From the NCBI RefSeq assembly GCF_006345805.1, contig NC_043009.1, forward strand, positions 11,160,001 to 11,224,000: a stretch of 64,000 bases of DNA, read 5' to 3'. A model generated the notes under the pieces. It was given only the letters and a program-made list of their open reading frames with translations, was not told the DNA's origin and searched no databases. This document shows, one piece after another, positions 12,020-23,954 of this stretch. Position 1 is the first letter of the stretch. Every line of letters begins with the position of its first letter. Source of the DNA: Octopus sinensis (lineage: Eukaryota). The translations under genes were made by a program, and so were the position numbers.

Positions 12020-12209
12020 ATATATATACATATATATATATATATATTATATAACATATATATATATATATTATATATATATTATATATATATATATAAA
12101 ACACCTTTTTTATAATATATTTTGTAAAATTTGATTTAGTATTTCTAAATTGAATTTTTCCCTGTAAGTTAGGAATAATATTCCCTCAAATAATAATTAT
12201 TATTATATA

Positions 12210-12240
<31 letters not shown>

Positions 12241-12246
12241 GAGAGC

Positions 12247-12283
<37 letters not shown>

Positions 12284-12335
12284 CGTGCGTGTGTGTATGT
12301 GTTTGAGGCTATGTGCTATATTTGATACTTCTCTA

Positions 12336-12640
12336 GTAGTAGCGTGGCTAAGTGGTTAGCGTATTCGGGTTACGATCGTGAGTTCGAAAGCCGGTGTCGC
12401 GTTTTGTCCTTCAGCAAGATGATTTATTTCACGTTGCTCCAGCCCACTCAGCTGGTGAAAATGAGTATTACCTGTAATTCAACGAACCAACCTTGTGACA
12501 TTCTGTGTCACGATTATTCTCCCCGGAACTACATTAAGGGTACGCGTGTACACTTGTCTGTGGAGCGCTCTGCCAAGTAAGCTGTTCCGTTGATCGGCTC
12601 AACTGGAACACACCTCGTCGTAACCGACGGAGAACCAATT
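12336..12640 (+). mobile_element. tRNA-derived SINE family C (CORE-like), diverged
   Basis: gtggctaagtggttagcg A-box-like, gagttcgaaagcc B-box-like, then gtccttcagcaaga..tttatttcacgttgctccag; the 3' part resembles the 23112-23447 copy. Confidence 0.7.
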
Positions 12641-12858
12641 GTAGGTTTCGGTTATGGTGTAGTTTGGGCTCGTGTCAATCCTTATTAATCAATTATATAG
12701 GATCAGAATCAACTTTTATTGAAGCATCGAGTACCTAGAATTGTAACCCGGCATGCGCTTTAAATGGGATTTTCTGCTTTTTCTAGCTGATCGAACGACC
12801 ACGCAGAGGTTCCATCGTTTACTCTGCTATACTTTAAACATATATATAACTGTAAGGA

Positions 12859-13083
12859 AGGCGGCGAGCTGGCAGCAACATTAGCACGCCGGGCGATATG
12901 TGTAGCTGTATTTCGTCTGCCGTTACGTTCTGAGTTCAAATTCCGCCGAGGTCGACTTTGCCTTTCATCCTTTCGGGGTCGATAAATTAAGTACCAGTTA
13001 CGCACTGGGGTCGATGTAATCGACTTAATACCTATGTCTGTCCTTGTTTGTCCCCTCTGTGTGTAGTTACTACCCCCTTGTGG
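12859..13083 (+). mobile_element. SINE family B with 23-bp target-site duplication
   Basis: aaacatatatataactgtaagga at 12836-12858 and 13124-13146, with an extra partial copy at 13089-13108. Confidence 0.92.
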
Positions 13084-14012
13084 AAAAAAAACATATATAT
13101 AACTGTAAAAACATACATATAAAAAACATATATATAACTGTAAGGATTTTTATTTGTCAATAACCTATAGTTATATGCATTTGCATTAACTCATGTTAGC
13201 TCACATACACTTACATCAACAAGAGACAGTAGCAAATCTCATACACAAAGCACATACACGGGTTGCATCATGTCTATAAAGTATTTTGAATATGAGCAGT
13301 TATTCTTTACTAAGCTAAGTTCTCCACCGCTCTCTATCTCTCCCATACAGACACATATATATACATGCGTGCATACACACACACACATACACATATATAT
13401 GTATATCATATTATTAATTAGCTAAATACATAGCATTTCCTTTAAGTGTGCCTATGTAAATAAACTTTGGTTCAGATATGCATGCGTATATATATATATA
13501 TATATATATATATGCTTGCATGCACATATTTAAGCACATATAACCGTTAGCCGGCATAGATGCATTCATTGGTGAAGTCTCCGCTTCAGTGTACCGAAAA
13601 CCTTCAGTGTACCGCAGTATGTAAACCTGAGAGTGAAAAACATACAGGCATTTAATCATTAAAAGTATACGTAATTAAAATAAAAAGTACTGATGGTCCT
13701 TTATCTTCCTGTATTTAATAAAATCCAAAAATAAGATAGAAAATAAAAGTATAGCAACGAGAAACTAGAAACTATTTGATAACGCTGAAAATATATATGG
13801 TTGATGAATGTATCCAAATTACATATTAAAACACAGATATAAGAAAGAAAGAAAGAAAGAGAGAAAAGAATTCAAAGAAGCTTACGAATTTGGCCTTGAG
13901 GATATCTTACTGAATCCGGATGAAAAACCTGTGGTTCTGGACCTGAATATAGGAGAAATAGAAAGTTTTATATAAACATGTGCGTCAGTGAATCATTTGT
14001 GTATATAGCGCT

Positions 14013-14219
14013 GGCGAGGCAGTGTAGTAAGATATTTGCTTCCCAACCATATGTTTCCTGGTTCACTTCCACTGCGGAATAACTTGGGCAAGTGTCTTCT
14101 ACTATAGCTTAGCGCCGATCAAGGCCTGTTAAGGGGATTTGGTAGACGGAAACTGAAAGAAGCCCGTTCTGTATACATATATAAAAATATATTTGTGTGT
14201 GTGTATGTGTGTATGTGTG

Positions 14220-14255
<36 letters not shown>

Positions 14256-14505
14256 TACGTGCGTGCTTATATGCGTATGTGTGGGTTGTGTGTGTGTGTG
14301 TTTGTGTGTTGTGTGTGTGTGTGTTTGTCCCCCACCACCGCTTGATAATCGTTGATGGTATGTATACTTCCACATAATTTGCGATTCGGCAAACGAAACA
14401 CTACCTGGTTTTAAAAAGGAAAATAAGTATTGGGTTCGATTAGTTCGACTAAGAGTCCCCAGGGCGGTGTTTCAGTAGGACGGAAACAAGTAAAAGAATG
14501 CAAAG
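14013..14505 (+). mobile_element. SINE family A, diverged, long internal microsatellite
   Basis: Head ggcgaggcagtgtagtaagatatttgcttcccaacc; ttgggcaagtgtcttctactatagc; 3' gaaacaagtaaaagaa. Confidence 0.85.
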
Positions 14506-14611
14506 ATATTTTTCCAGCCATATTTCTCAGGATTTATTCATAAATCTATGGTATTTCTTGTTAAACATGGTATTTACTGTTTTATTGGTTATATTTATAT
14601 AGTTGGTTATA

Positions 14612-15115
14612 CTTATAATTGAATTCCATGTCGTATAATCTTTCGTTTCTGTACTTATACTTTGCCATGAATGTCCCCCTTTCTCTAGTTCCTTCTGTGT
14701 TGATCTACGCCACGAGGTCTTAGGCCTACCTTTCTTTCTATATCCATCCGAATTCCAATGTAAAGCACTTTTCGCTACATTTGGTGTGTCTTTTCTAATT
14801 GTGCTACCAATCCACTTCCACTTTTTCTTAAATATTTGCTCCCTAATCGAAACTTGATTTGTTCTTTGCCATAGCTCCACATTGCTTATGTGTTCATGCC
14901 ATCTAATTTTAAGTTTACGTATTTAGGTAGTAAGGTAATGTTTTCAGGCGGCACCGACGAAGATATTAAGACGAGAATAAATAAGGTAAGGACCGCTTTT
15001 CACCTGTTAAAAAAGGTATGGAGTGCAAGTGTAATTTCAATAAAGAACAAAATAAAAAATTTTAACAGTATGGGGCTGAGACATGGCGAACAACAGTTAA
15101 GTCAAATAAGCAAAT
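14612..15115. mobile_element. RTE-clade LINE fragment with internal inversion (minus segment 14612-14913, plus segment 14914-15115)
   Basis: Minus: LKIRWHEHISNVELWQRTNQ...WNSDGYRKKGRPKTSWRR. Plus: FTYLGSKVMFSGGTDEDIKTRINKVRTAF...FNS/YGAETWRTT. These are adjacent parts of the RTE RT C-terminus in opposite orientation. Confidence 0.85.
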
Positions 15116-15382
15116 AATATCAAATACTAAAATAAAATAATATTCACAACAATATCAAGAGCAAGAAAAAATGGGCAACAGCGTGAAGAGCAACAAAACA
15201 ACAACAGTAAAGATCGATGGAACAAATGCGACTACAACAACTACTATTAGATGACTTCCTCATCTACGCCTTTCTGCGAAAGTGGCGTAGAGAAGTTTTG
15301 ATTGAATTCTATTCTGAAAGGATTTTGAAGGAAACGTAGAAGGGCCGCGAAAAAGGATTAACAATAAAACGTCTGGACAGAT

Positions 15383-15538
15383 GGCGGCGAGCTGGCAGAA
15401 GCGTTAGCGCGCCGGGCGAAATGCTTAGCGGTATTTCGTCTGTCTTTACGTTCTGAGTTACGCGCTGGGGTCGATATAATCGACTTAATCCGTTTGTCTG
15501 TCCTTGTTTGTCCCCCCTTATGGGCAATAAAGAAATAA
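15383..15538 (+). mobile_element. SINE family B, internally deleted, about 20-bp TSD
   Basis: ataaaacgtctggacagatgg at 15364-15384 and 15539-15559; internal join ctgagtt|acgcgctgggg. Confidence 0.92.
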
Positions 15539-16309
15539 ATAAAACGTCTGGACAGATGGACGATACGAAGACGAACAAGAAAAACAACATAAAAATGGAC
15601 AGGACAAAACAAGAACGGGCCATTCGTAGCCGTCTCACGTCAGTCAATTTCCAGACTACCTCCCTTCTAATAACATTGTATTATTAGTGGACGGTTAGAA
15701 TAGGATCTGGACAAATGCGTGTTAGATATATCAGCAAAATTCCTTAACGTCATAAAAGAGAATGACTCATTGCTCAGTACACGTCTAAATATGCAAAAAT
15801 GATGGGATAGGTACGGCTGTAAGATTATGATCAACGATTAAACAGGTCCTATGCAACAGCAACCAACTTGCTGATTCAGAATTTTAAAGGAATGCCGAAG
15901 TGTATTTAATGCGAACACAGCATTCACATTAGTTGGAAAAGGTGTCTTTTCAAAAGCTTTATTCCCAAGAAAATGTACTGCTTTTAACAGCTAAGTACTT
16001 ATAAAATATATCGAAAGAAGTATAAGAAAAATGAAAAAGATAACCATAGCTAGAAATGGTAGTTTTTCTATTTTTATGTCTTAAAAGACGAGTAATAAAA
16101 ACACCGTTAAATTTTTCTCGGTCACAAAATTTAATGGTGGGATTTAGAAGCTGTATTACACGCATGATATGTCGTCACGCTCAATGAAACCCGCTCCACA
16201 GACATAAACGTGATATAATATCCAAACAAGAATGTAAGACAAAACTAAAACCCTGGTAAGGTTTCATGATTTCAGGAATAGGCAAGTTTTTAAGTAGTTC
16301 GCTTTGCAA

Positions 16310-16449
16310 TCATGTGTCATCGGGTTCTATTCCACTGTGAGGTACCTTAAGCATGTATCTTCTGTTATAACCCCTGACCGAATTTCTGAGCGAATTGATT
16401 AACAGAGACTGAATCCGTCGTATATATATATATATATATATATATATAT
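16310..16449 (+). mobile_element. Diverged SINE family A 5' part running into (TA)n and the gap
   Basis: cgggttctattccactgtgaggtacc...gactgaatccgtcgtatata resembles the family 5' half. Confidence 0.6.
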
Positions 16450-16549
16450 NNNNNNNNNNNNNNNNNNNNNNNNNNNNNNNNNNNNNNNNNNNNNNNNNNN
16501 NNNNNNNNNNNNNNNNNNNNNNNNNNNNNNNNNNNNNNNNNNNNNNNNN
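16450..16549. other. Assembly gap (100 N)
   Basis: Exactly 100 N; a round number suggests a placeholder scaffold join, so adjacency across it is not assured. Confidence 0.98.
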
Positions 16550-16807
16550 TACAGACAGGCATGCAGAAATAGAGAAAATAAACGCAAAGAATGCAAACGT
16601 GAACCACACGTGATATGACTGAAGCATATGCAGATCCTTGAAATGTGCCAAAGAACGCAAAATGTGCACACCCCTATACATATACAAGCGCACGCCCTTA
16701 CTGGCACTCGCTTGCTAGTCCAAAAATTGACAATCTCTGCCGACTTAGCCCTTGTCTGGGCTGAACTGGTACATCCCATTCAACGGTGTAACACAGGCAG
16801 AATAGAA

Positions 16808-17208
16808 TATTTTCTACTCTAGGCACAAGGCCCGATATTTTGGGTGAAGGGACCAGTCCATTAGATCAACACCAGTATGCAACTGGTACTTAATTTATCG
16901 ACCCCGAAAGGATGAAAGACAAAGTCGACCTCGGCCGAATTTGAACTCAGAACGTAACGGTAGACGAAATACCTATTTCTTTACTACCCACAAGGAGCTA
17001 AACACAGAGAGGACAAACAAGGACAGACAAACGGATTAAGTCGATTATATCGACCCCAGTGCGTAACTGGTACTTACTTAATCGACCCCGAAAGGATGAA
17101 AGGCAAAGTCGACCTCGGCGGAATTTAAACTCAGAAAGTTGAGCGGCAGACGAAATACCGCTAAGCACTTCACCCGGCGTGCTAACGTGTTTTCCAGCTC
17201 GCCGCCTT
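16808..17208 (-). mobile_element. SINE family B partial dimer with 15-bp TSD
   Basis: acaggcagaatagaa (16793-16807) / acagacagaatagaa (17209-17223); two central blocks. Confidence 0.9.
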
Positions 17209-17707
17209 ACAGACAGAATAGAACGTCAAAGTTTTATATGATAACCATATTTCTCTTATGAACTTCATTAGCTCACAGCTGTTTCTGTTAGATGATGAAG
17301 TGGACTCATATTTGAGCGCCCGAGTGATACCTTATAGCTTCACCGGAGCTATGTGAAATCTTACATTACCAATTCATATTATTTATTAACTACAAAAATA
17401 GGAACATCTAAATCCAACAAAATAAAACAATATACATCAATTTCATGTAGTTAATAAATAATATGAATTGGTAATATCTGTAAGTCGATGATTAAAATGA
17501 ATCTATTCCTCCATTTTCTTATTTGTATTATGAATTTGAGGTAAAATAGTTTACCTTCGCCCATCTAATACAATAAATGAATTAATTGCATTGCAATTAT
17601 AAGCATTTATGTATTTGCCTTTTGGGTACTTCACTAGCAGTATATTGGATAACTGATATGCCATAGTGGGTTACACTCATAATCCCTATCTCACTTGTAC
17701 TTATAAT

Positions 17708-17751
<44 letters not shown>

Positions 17752-18314
17752 TCATATATATATACACACCCACATATATATACATATATATATTTATATA
17801 CGTATATATATATATATATACACACACACACATATATACAGTATTATATATATATATATATAACACACACACATATATTATAACAATATATATTTATATA
17901 CGTATATATATATATATATACACAACACACATATATACATGTATATATATATATATATATAAATATACATACATACACACATATACACACACGCATATAT
18001 ACTCATGTACACATATGCACATACTTTACAAATCTCAGGAAAAGTTAATGTGTCAATGCGTGTACCTGTTTACGTGTATGGCTATCTTTCTTTCTATAAA
18101 TCTATCAATTTATACTTTTACATACTACATGGCATTACATTTCCTAGTTGCCTGAGTGATCACACCTACGTGAAACATTCTCTAGCTATGGAGTAAAGTA
18201 TTCACGTTACACAAATAAACTTCTCTACATCATTGTAGCACTCATTTCTCTCGATTCCTAAACACGAATGTATATTTGTATCTTTATGAAATAATAAAAG
18301 AAGGAACCACAAGG

Positions 18315-18672
<358 letters not shown>

Positions 18673-18883
18673 TATCGACAGCAATTAAAACTTAAAGGAA
18701 ATAGGAAGAAGCGGGATTTGACCTGACCATGGTTAGCGGTCGTAAGCGTTCAAAAGCCTCCATTAAGCCACATCACTACATCTAAATAAGTGTACGTCAA
18801 TGTAGTAAGTACCGATGTGACTACCAAAACGAAAAATCTGATACTGAAAGGCAAGCTGAAAAGATACACCGTTTAAAATTAGG

Positions 18884-21644
18884 TGTTTGCCAACAATGCG
18901 GAATCTCCTAACTGGGATAATCCCGAAGAGGTATATGAACCGTCTATATGAGAAACACTTAAAGCCTGATGAACAAAATGACTATAGGAAAAAGAGCAAC
19001 ATAGCGGATCAAAGATTAACAAGATTACGGGATGAGATCGACAAATCTATACAATTTAAGGATCGATGATACAAATTCATACGATTTAGTTAAGATCTTG
19101 TGCATCAACTCTTAAAACTCTCGGAAACTCTTTGTCGCCAGTGAGAAAACACAACGTTTCTTTGGGTAGTAAAACGTCGGGAAGAAAACTAAGAACGAAT
19201 TCTTACTTACTGGGAAACGATAATAAAAAAAATGGAATCTTCTATTTGTGGATGAGTCAAAGATTTATCATAAAGTCTGAACTCCATAGTGCAAACTGTA
19301 AGAACATTTAGTGAAGACATTGGGATGAATTTCTAAATAGAAAAAAGAAATGTGTAATGAAATGAGGCGAAAACGCATTCAAAGTACTGGAACCAATCTA
19401 TTTATTGAAGACGGGGATGGAATCAAGAGTATAAAAACGAAAGAAGCCATCAATAAAGTAAATTTCTGTGGAATGAAAAGATTCCACAATTCAACTTGAT
19501 TGCTAGAAACATCATACAAGCAATCTGATTAGTATCTTTAATTAATTAGTTATGGCGCAAAATTTATTCAATGGAGAAATGATGAGTATCATCATTTATT
19601 CAATGGAGAAATGATGAGTAGGAAAACCAGAAAGCAGCTCACAATGTACAGATGTTTCTCCAATCTGATGTGGATAGATATACTAGACAAGAGCAGATAG
19701 AGGAAGAGTGTTAATGAATATCAAAGGTGTTGAACTAGAGGGAAGAAAACTAGATTGGTGTATATCAGGAAAAGAGGAAACACTCCCTAAGGAGATAATA
19801 AGTGAAGTACTATTATTTGTAGAACCCAAAGAAAGAAAAGAAAAGAAGTGTGGAAAACAAATTGAAATATATCCTTGCAAATTCACTCAGTGTTTTCAAA
19901 ACCCAAAAGAGATAAAGAAAAGCTGGCTATAACCAATGAATGGAATACAGAAGAAAGAAGATCAAGCGTATGATCTTGGCATCACAAGATTGGGTTCCAA
20001 GAGTAGATTGAATCAAGAGGGCGATAAATTAGCAGGGCTGCATCCTCAAATATGTGAAGATACAAGTGCAACTATAACTTAGATTGTATCGAACTGTTTA
20101 GCTCAGGATGAATACAAAAATGAGTAGGCAAGATACGAGGTCGTATCAAAAAGTTTCCGGTCTAGTTCAGCAGCGCGCCAAAAAATGACAGCACACGGCT
20201 GTGTGCGCATGAGAGCTGGCAGTGACCTTCATGAAGTAGTGCTCCAAGTGAAATTGTATTTATTTCACAAGTTAGAAAATTTGTGTTTTTGTGATCACGT
20301 GTATGCTGTAGTGTGTGACTTATGTCATTTGCAGGAAGTTGGAACAAAGAGCCAACGTGAAATTTTGCGTTAAGCTTGGAAGTTTGTTACAGAGACATAC
20401 AACATACTTCTGGGAGCTTACGGCGAGGAGGCAATGGAGACCCTAAAATAAGAGATTCAGAACACTATACTTGGCAGCGCAAGACCGAGCCTTGGCCAAG
20501 AACTGGATGATCAACCTTTGGAACGAACAAGTGTCTCCGATGTGCCGCATCTGTAATAGAGTGGACGAAACCATAGCCCATATCACAAACGAATGCCCTA
20601 GACTTGCACCAATGGATCAAAAGCGAAAGGACGTCCCTGGATGAGTGATTAGTAAAAACTGCCATGAGCGTCACGCCTGGAAGTGAGGAGAAAATACATG
20701 GGTTTGTGCATGAGGATCGTCGGAGGACAATCAACGATGTTATGAAGCGCTTGCGGAAGGATATTCGGAGAGAGCGACCGAATCTGTACAGCGCGAAGAA
20801 TCGGAATCACCAGGACGACAATGCACTCTGTCACCGGGCTCTACTCACTCGTGAATTTCTCGCCAAAACAACATGGTATTGCTTCCGCACCCATCCTATT
20901 CACCAGATTTAGCCCCTACGGACTTCCATCTCTTTTCAAAGATGAAAATGTTGCTTAAAAGTCACCGTTGTAACACTGTTGTCGAGATCAAGAGCAAATG
21001 GCAGAAGGTCCTCTATTCGCTTACGGAAAACGACTTCCAGGCCGGATTCCAAAGTGGCAGGAACGATGAGACCGGTTTATTACTGCACAAGGTGACTATT
21101 TCGAAGGAGATAATGTTTAAACTAAGGTAACTAAGTTTTTGTGTTTTTTTTTTCATTAAACATAACTAGTCTAGAAACATTTTGATACCACCTCGTAATG
21201 ATAAACTGGAAATTTTGCCAGAAATTTCTTCTTGAATGTACAGAAAAAGAGCTATAACAATTTTCTTGGAATAGAAATGAAAGTCATTGAAAGCGATGAA
21301 GTGATGTCGTTATAGAACTTTTCTATTGAAACCGAATGACGAATAGAACACAATTGGCTGGACATAGTAATTGTCGGTAACAAGAATAAACTATGTCTTC
21401 CAATCGATGTGGCGCATAACCATCTGACATAAAGAAAAACAAAGAAAAACAAAAGGTAGAGTCTTACACATGGATCAAGTAAGAAATCCTCAAATGCAGG
21501 AGCAAAGAGTGATGTAAAAGGTTTATGACACTACAGATTATGGGTGGAATCTGGGAACAATATAAAAAAAAACTGCGAACAAATATTGAAAACTTGATCT
21601 TAAACTGGAAGTTGGTGCAGTGTAATCGATTGAAATATCGGAAC

Positions 21645-21645
<1 letters not shown>
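18884..21645 (+). mobile_element. Old R4/Dong-like non-LTR retrotransposon (RT + zinc knuckle + REL endonuclease), heavily decayed, split by a mariner, ending in (TAA)n
   Basis: CLPTMRNLLTGII...EQ (18884), NLLFVDESKIY / LNSIVQTVRTFSEDIGMNF (about 19235-19330), QSDVDR, MILASQD; after the mariner INWKFCQK...EHNWLDIVIV...CLPIDVA; (ATA)n follows from 21646. Confidence 0.75.
20136..21195 (+). mobile_element. Mariner transposon, internally deleted, about 32-bp TIRs, TA TSD
   Basis: TA 20134-35 and 21196-97; TIR CGAGGTCGTATCAAAAAGTTTCCGGTCTAGTT vs rc CGAGGTGGTATCAAAATGTTTCTAGACTAGTT; LEQRANVKFCVKLG N-terminus; HQDDNA...PHPSYSPDLAPTDFHLF catalytic motif. Confidence 0.95.
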
Positions 21646-21740
<95 letters not shown>

Positions 21741-21761
21741 AATAATAATAATAATAATAAT
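21646..21761. repeat. (ATA)n(ACA)n(ATA)n microsatellite
   Basis: Read directly. Confidence 0.95.
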
Positions 21762-21935
21762 TTGTTTCTTTATTACCCACACGGGGCTAAACATTGAGGG
21801 GACAAACAAGGATAGACAAACGGATTAAGTCGGCCCCAGTGCGTAACTGGTACTTAATTTATCGACCCCAAAAGGATGAAAGTCGACCTCGGCGGAATTT
21901 GAACTCAGAACGTAACGACAGACGAAATACGGCTA
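21762..21935 (-). mobile_element. SINE family B, head-truncated
   Basis: Tail and central block on the minus strand, with small deletions. Confidence 0.85.
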
Positions 21936-21949
21936 TGATAATAATAATA

Positions 21950-23060
21950 GTCCAGTTTGTGCGGCTTTTCACCACGAGTGAGGCAGAACTGGACAGCCTA
22001 GTCCAAAAGGTGAGGCAGAACTGGACAGCCTAGTCCAGTCTGTGCGGATTTTGTCCAATGATATTAAGACGGAGTTTGGGCTCTCAAAATGTGTTACGAT
22101 TGTGGTGAGACGAGGAAAGCTTGTCAGGACAGAAGTCATAGTGTTGTCAAGTGGTGACATGATGAAGGCATGGACTAAAAGAGATGGACTGGAAGTCAAT
22201 AAAGCTCCTAACAATCCATGGAGTCTATCATCCACGTGCAGATACTGATCGCCTATAGAAGAAAGGAGCAAATACAGGAAGGGGACTGATAAGTGTGGAG
22301 GACTGCATACGTATCGAACTCGAGAGCTTAATGAGTTACCTAGCTCAAAGTAAGGAAACCTTGCTAGTAGCAGTTAGGAACGAGAGAGAAAAGAAAGCTG
22401 AGAAAGAAAAAAAAATGATGGAAGAATAATTACGCAACAAGGGATTACACAATCAATTCCATGCAACCATAACAGAATTTGCTGGAAAAAATAGTTGGGA
22501 TTGGTCGAAGAAAGGCACCCTAAAATAAGAGACTCAGAACACTATACTTGGCAGCGCAAGACCAAGCCTTGGCCAGGAACTGGAGGATCAACCTTTGGAA
22601 CGAGCAAGTGTCTCCGATCTGCCGCATCTGTAATAGAGTGGATGAAACCATTGCCTATATCACAAACGAATGCCGTAGACTTGCTCCAAACCACTACTAG
22701 TTGTGACGACATGATCAGGTAATGAAAGTGCTACATTGGAAACTGTGCGCAAAGTGAGGGCTAGAGAGAGACAAGATGTGGCATGAGCACAAACCTCAGA
22801 GAGTGGCAGTGTCGGAGAAGCGCAAAATCCCCGGAGATTTCCCAATGGAGACAGATCAGGTACTAGAACATAATAAACCGGACCTAGTAGCGGTCGACAA
22901 GATGCAACCACATGCGCTATATAGTTACTGTTGCATGTCCCTTTCACTGACAAATAATCAAGAAGGAAGGCGAAAGCATAGATAAACACAACCCTCTTAA
23001 GTGCGATTTAGCCTGGCGAAGATAGTGCCAATTATTGCATCGACTCCTCTTGTGGAACAC
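21950..23060 (+). mobile_element. Second R4/Dong-like non-LTR fragment (RT end, zinc knuckle, REL), decayed
   Basis: LFTTSEAELDSLVQSVRILSNDIKTEFGLSKCVTIVVRRGK; AQDQAL..CRICNRVDETIAYITNEC...RHDQV..LHWKLC; EHNKPDLVAVDK; a 32-bp tandem duplication near 21975-22040. Confidence 0.85.
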
Positions 23061-23111
23061 ACAAAAACTGGTTCAGGAGTATCCGGTGATGCAGATCTAT
23101 CTCGTCGAGTG

Positions 23112-23447
23112 ATAAATAAATAAAAAATCTCGTGAAATTAACGTGCAAGTGGCCGAGCACTCCACTGACACGTGTACCCATAACGTATTTCTCGAGGGAT
23201 ATTCAGTGTAACACAAAGTGTGACAAGGATGGGCGTTTGAAATACAGGTACCAGAGAAACAGGAAGAGAAAGCGACAGAAAGTTGTAGTAAAAGAGTATA
23301 GCAGGATTTGCCACCACACCCTGCCGGAGCCTCGGGGAGTTTAGGTGTTTTCGCTCAATAAACACACACAAAGCCTGATCTGGGAATCGAAACCGCGATC
23401 CTACGACTGCGAGTCCACTGCGCTAACCACTGGGCCATTGCACCTCC
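23112..23447 (-). mobile_element. tRNA-derived SINE (family C-like)
   Basis: Minus-strand head GGAGGTGCAATGGCCCAGTGGTTAGCGC...GGTTTCGATTCCC with A and B boxes, followed by a non-tRNA body. Confidence 0.85.
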
Positions 23448-23448
23448 A

Positions 23449-23504
<56 letters not shown>

Positions 23505-23505
<1 letters not shown>

Positions 23506-23950
23506 ACGGGAAGCTTTATGAAAATAGACAAAAGACGAAGGCAGGTTTACGGAAATAAACAAAAGACGAAGGCAGGTGGAATACAAACAAACAATTGTAT
23601 TAGTATGGCGCTCAGGAAATATAAATAAAACAAGTCTTTAACGTTTCGAGCCTACGCTCTTCAACAGAAAGATACACAGAGAAGAAACACAGAAAGAAGG
23701 AGAGAAAAAAAATGCGTGCAGAGGCTAGCGAATCAACATGGCGATCTGATTTCGGCCAGAAGTCAAAGATCAAACGTGAGACGCAAGAGCGAAATTAGGG
23801 GAGATAATAGGGTTAAATGACTTCGCTCCAACATAAGAGTGTGTGTGGTGTATGAGAAGAGTGTGTGTGTATGAGAGAGTATTAGTGCGTATGAGAGGTC
23901 TGGACGTGTGTATGTATAGATATGATGTGTTAAAGTCGTATGGTGTAGTG
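23505..23950 (-). mobile_element. PLE terminal-repeat-like element with hammerhead-like motif (family H2)
   Basis: Sister copy at 38068-38255; abuts (TA)n; motif at 23635-23672. Confidence 0.7.
23635..23672 (-). ncRNA. Minimal type-I hammerhead-like motif, variant core CUGUUGA
   Basis: UCUUU-CUGUUGA-A-GAGC(GUAG)GCUC-GAA-ACGU-U-AAAGA: 5-bp stem I, 4-bp stem II, palindromic ACGU stem III. Confidence 0.55.
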
Positions 23951-23954
23951 TAGA

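Noticed and set aside
16310-16779. ORFs spanning the N run
   Set aside because: Artefacts of translating through the assembly gap.
23360-23447. tRNA gene
   Set aside because: A and B boxes run straight into a SINE body, and no complete acceptor stem is visible; the same holds for the other SINE heads.
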